From: Blastocatellia bacterium
GTDB lineage: Bacteria > Acidobacteriota > Blastocatellia > UBA7656
Reading direction: 5' to 3'
DNA: 64,000 bases
NCBI GenBank assembly: GCA_963765495.1
Contig: CAVXWP010000002.1
Span: 160,001-224,000, forward strand
Shown here in pieces: positions 61,968 through 64,000 of the stretch. The number at the start of each line of letters is the position of its first letter. The stretch's first letter is position 1. Position numbers and translations under genes: made by a program. The notes below the pieces were generated by a model. It worked only from the letters and a program-made list of their open reading frames with translations, was not told the DNA's origin and did not search any database.

Positions 61968-63346
61968 GAAGCTTGAGATTGCGGGTCACTGATTCCAATT
62001 CAATTCGAAAGGGAAACAGGACAGGGGTCCGAAATCGAAGATACAGGCACGAACGCCAGATCTGGGTCATGGCCCTGGTTTCAGGGCTGCCCGGCGTTTT
62101 AATAGCCATGATCTTTCTCTGGTCCGGGCCTTACACGGCCAAAGTGCAATGGACGCTTACGGTCTTGATAACCGGGTTCTGGCTCGGTTTTTCTTACGCG
62201 GTCCGCGAGCGCGTAATATACCCCCTTCAAACACTGTCGAATCTGCTGGCCGCGCTGCGCGAGGGAGACTTTTCTATCCGCGCTCGCGGAGCCATTCCCG
62301 ATGACGCGCTGGGAGAGGCTATGCTTGAGGTCAACTCTCTCGGCGAGACCCTGCGCGAGCAACGTCTGGGCGCGTTGGAGGCAACGGCTCTACTCTCGAC
62401 CGTGATGGCCGAAATAAATGTGGCCGTATTCGCATTCGATAGCGAGCAAAGGCTTGCGCTTGTAAACCGGGCAGGAGAGCGATTGCTTGCTCAACCTTCC
62501 GAACGCCTGATGGGGCGTAGCGCCGAAGTGCTTGGGCTGTTGGATTGCCTGAATGGAGAAAGCGTTCGCACGCTTGAGATGTCTTTCCCCGGTCGCACAG
62601 CCAGATGGGAAGTGAGGCGAAGCACTTTCCGCGAGCGAGGCATACCCCATCAACTGCTGGTGCTTTCGGATTTGAGCCGCGCCCTCCGTGAAGAAGAGCG
62701 TCAGGCGTGGCAGCGACTCGTCCGCGTCCTTGGTCACGAACTGAACAATTCGCTCGCTCCGATAAAATCCATAGCGGGCAGCCTTGAAACCCTGGTCGTG
62801 CGCGAGCCGAGACCAGCGGATTGGAAAGAAGATATGCATCGCGGTCTTGGCGTAATCGCTTCGCGTGCCGCCGCGTTGAGCCGCTTCATGGAAGCCTATG
62901 CGCGGCTGGCCCGATTGCCTCAACCGAAGTTCGAATCAATGAATGTGGGTGAGCTTGTCCGGCGAGTCGCGGGGCTTGAGACGCGCCTGCCCGTAGCTAT
63001 CGCACCTGGACCTGAGTTGCTTACACGAGCAGACACAGACCAGATCGAACAGCTATTGATAAACCTGATTCGAAACGGCGTGGACGCGGCTATGGAAACG
63101 GGCGGCGGGGTCAGAATCGGGTGGACCCGGTCTATAAGCTATCTAGACATCTGGGTGGAGGATGAGGGGCCGGGGCTATCGAACACAGCCAATCTTTTTG
63201 TCCCGTTCTTTACTACAAAACCGGGCGGCTCGGGCATCGGGCTGGTGCTTTGTCGTCAGATTGCCGAAGCACACGGCGGCACGCTCGCGCTTGAAAATCG
63301 CACTACCGAAATAGGGTGCAGAGCACGATTGCGTCTGCCGCTTTGA
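61964..63346 (+). CDS. Sensor histidine kinase (NtrB/NtrY-like)
   Basis: Two TM helices, HAMP/PAS, LGHELNNSL, FVPFFTTK..GSGIGL; ATGA overlap with the regulator. Confidence 0.92.
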   Translation: MRSLRLRVTDSNSIRKGNRTGVRNRRYRHERQIWVMALVSGLPGVLIAMIFLWSGPYTAKVQWTLTVLITGFWLGFSYAVRERVIYPLQTLSNLLAALREGDFSIRARGAIPDDALGEAMLEVNSLGETLREQRLGALEATALLSTVMAEINVAVFAFDSEQRLALVNRAGERLLAQPSERLMGRSAEVLGLLDCLNGESVRTLEMSFPGRTARWEVRRSTFRERGIPHQLLVLSDLSRALREEERQAWQRLVRVLGHELNNSLAPIKSIAGSLETLVVREPRPADWKEDMHRGLGVIASRAAALSRFMEAYARLARLPQPKFESMNVGELVRRVAGLETRLPVAIAPGPELLTRADTDQIEQLLINLIRNGVDAAMETGGGVRIGWTRSISYLDIWVEDEGPGLSNTANLFVPFFTTKPGGSGIGLVLCRQIAEAHGGTLALENRTTEIGCRARLRLPL

Positions 63347-63402
63347 GGTAATGCGCCAATCAAATTTGAAAGCCGATCTCGTTGTGAGAGAATGAACCCT
63401 GC

Positions 63403-64000
63403 ATGAGAGTATTCGCAATAGGCGACCTCCACCTGGAAGGCGGAACGGGAAAGACCATGGACCGCTTTGGCGAGAACTGGCACGACCACGACCGGAAGAT
63501 ATTCGATGCATGGGAACGGGTGGGAACCGATGACGACCTGCTTCTGCTTGTGGGCGATATAAGCTGGGCAATGCGATTTGAAGCCGCTCGTCCCGATCTT
63601 GACCGCATAGGGCAGATGAAGGGCATAAAGATTATGCTCAAGGGAAATCACGATTACTGGTGGCAGTCGCCTGCTAAAATGGAGCGCGCGCTTGATCCCT
63701 CGATAAAGATTTTGCAGGCGAGTTCAACAATCGTGAACCGCGTAGCAGTTGCCGCCACTCGCGGGTGGATGTGCCCCGGCGATTCGTATTTCAAAGAGCA
63801 GGATTTCAAGATTTACGAGCGCGAAGTAGGACGCCTCCGGCTCGCGCTTGAACCTCTGAAGAAACGAAGAGGCGAATTCGATTCGCTCATCGTCGCCATG
63901 CATTATCCACCCGTGAATGATAAACACGAGCCTTGCGGATTCACTGAATTGATTGACGAATACGCACCCGATGTCTGCGTTTACGGCCACCTGCACGGCG
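63403..64000 (+). CDS. Calcineurin-like metallophosphoesterase, runs off the window edge
   Basis: Not in the ORF track; manual translation MRVFAIGDLHL...VGDISWAM...KGNHDYWW...MHYPP...YGHLHG. Confidence 0.9.
   Translation, partial: MRVFAIGDLHLEGGTGKTMDRFGENWHDHDRKIFDAWERVGTDDDLLLLVGDISWAMRFEAARPDLDRIGQMKGIKIMLKGNHDYWWQSPAKMERALDPSIKILQASSTIVNRVAVAATRGWMCPGDSYFKEQDFKIYEREVGRLRLALEPLKKRRGEFDSLIVAMHYPPVNDKHEPCGFTELIDEYAPDVCVYGHLHG

Noticed and set aside
1-64000. Prophage, integrase, transposase, defence system, tRNA or rRNA
   Set aside because: No hallmark genes or RNA structures were recognised by eye.

Overview
A 64-kb chromosomal segment with no rRNA, tRNA, CRISPR or transposase gene that I could detect. 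The gene content (two ADOP orphan permeases, two VWA proteins, a Ser/Thr kinase-TPR protein, an SBBP protein) suggests Acidobacteriota, probably Blastocatellia; this is an inference. It carries aguA/aguB, a cytochrome P460-multiheme fusion, carbohydrate and peptide hydrolases, a PAS kinase/response regulator cluster, a Fur-boxed PiuA/PiuC/PiuB-like iron uptake operon, and an ATPase-MFP-ATPase export operon beside an NtrC/NtrB-like pair. Main points from reading the sequence: (1) two split ORFs form one DUF3179 selenoprotein with an in-frame UGA in a UxxC motif and an immediate SECIS-like hairpin; (2) about 12 intergenic palindromes built from 7-9-nt periodic units, one enclosed by perfect 22-bp terminal inverted repeats (MITE-like); (3) a shared enhancer/IHF/sigma54-like promoter architecture linking a distant orphan permease to the ATPase/MFP operon; (4) a stand-alone degenerate SecA NBD2-like protein; (5) a 66-aa ORF resembling the N-terminal leader of the adjacent beta-propeller protein. 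A 1.1-kb A-rich block (about 5640-6715) is probably a sequencing artefact, so nearby frameshifts should be treated cautiously.
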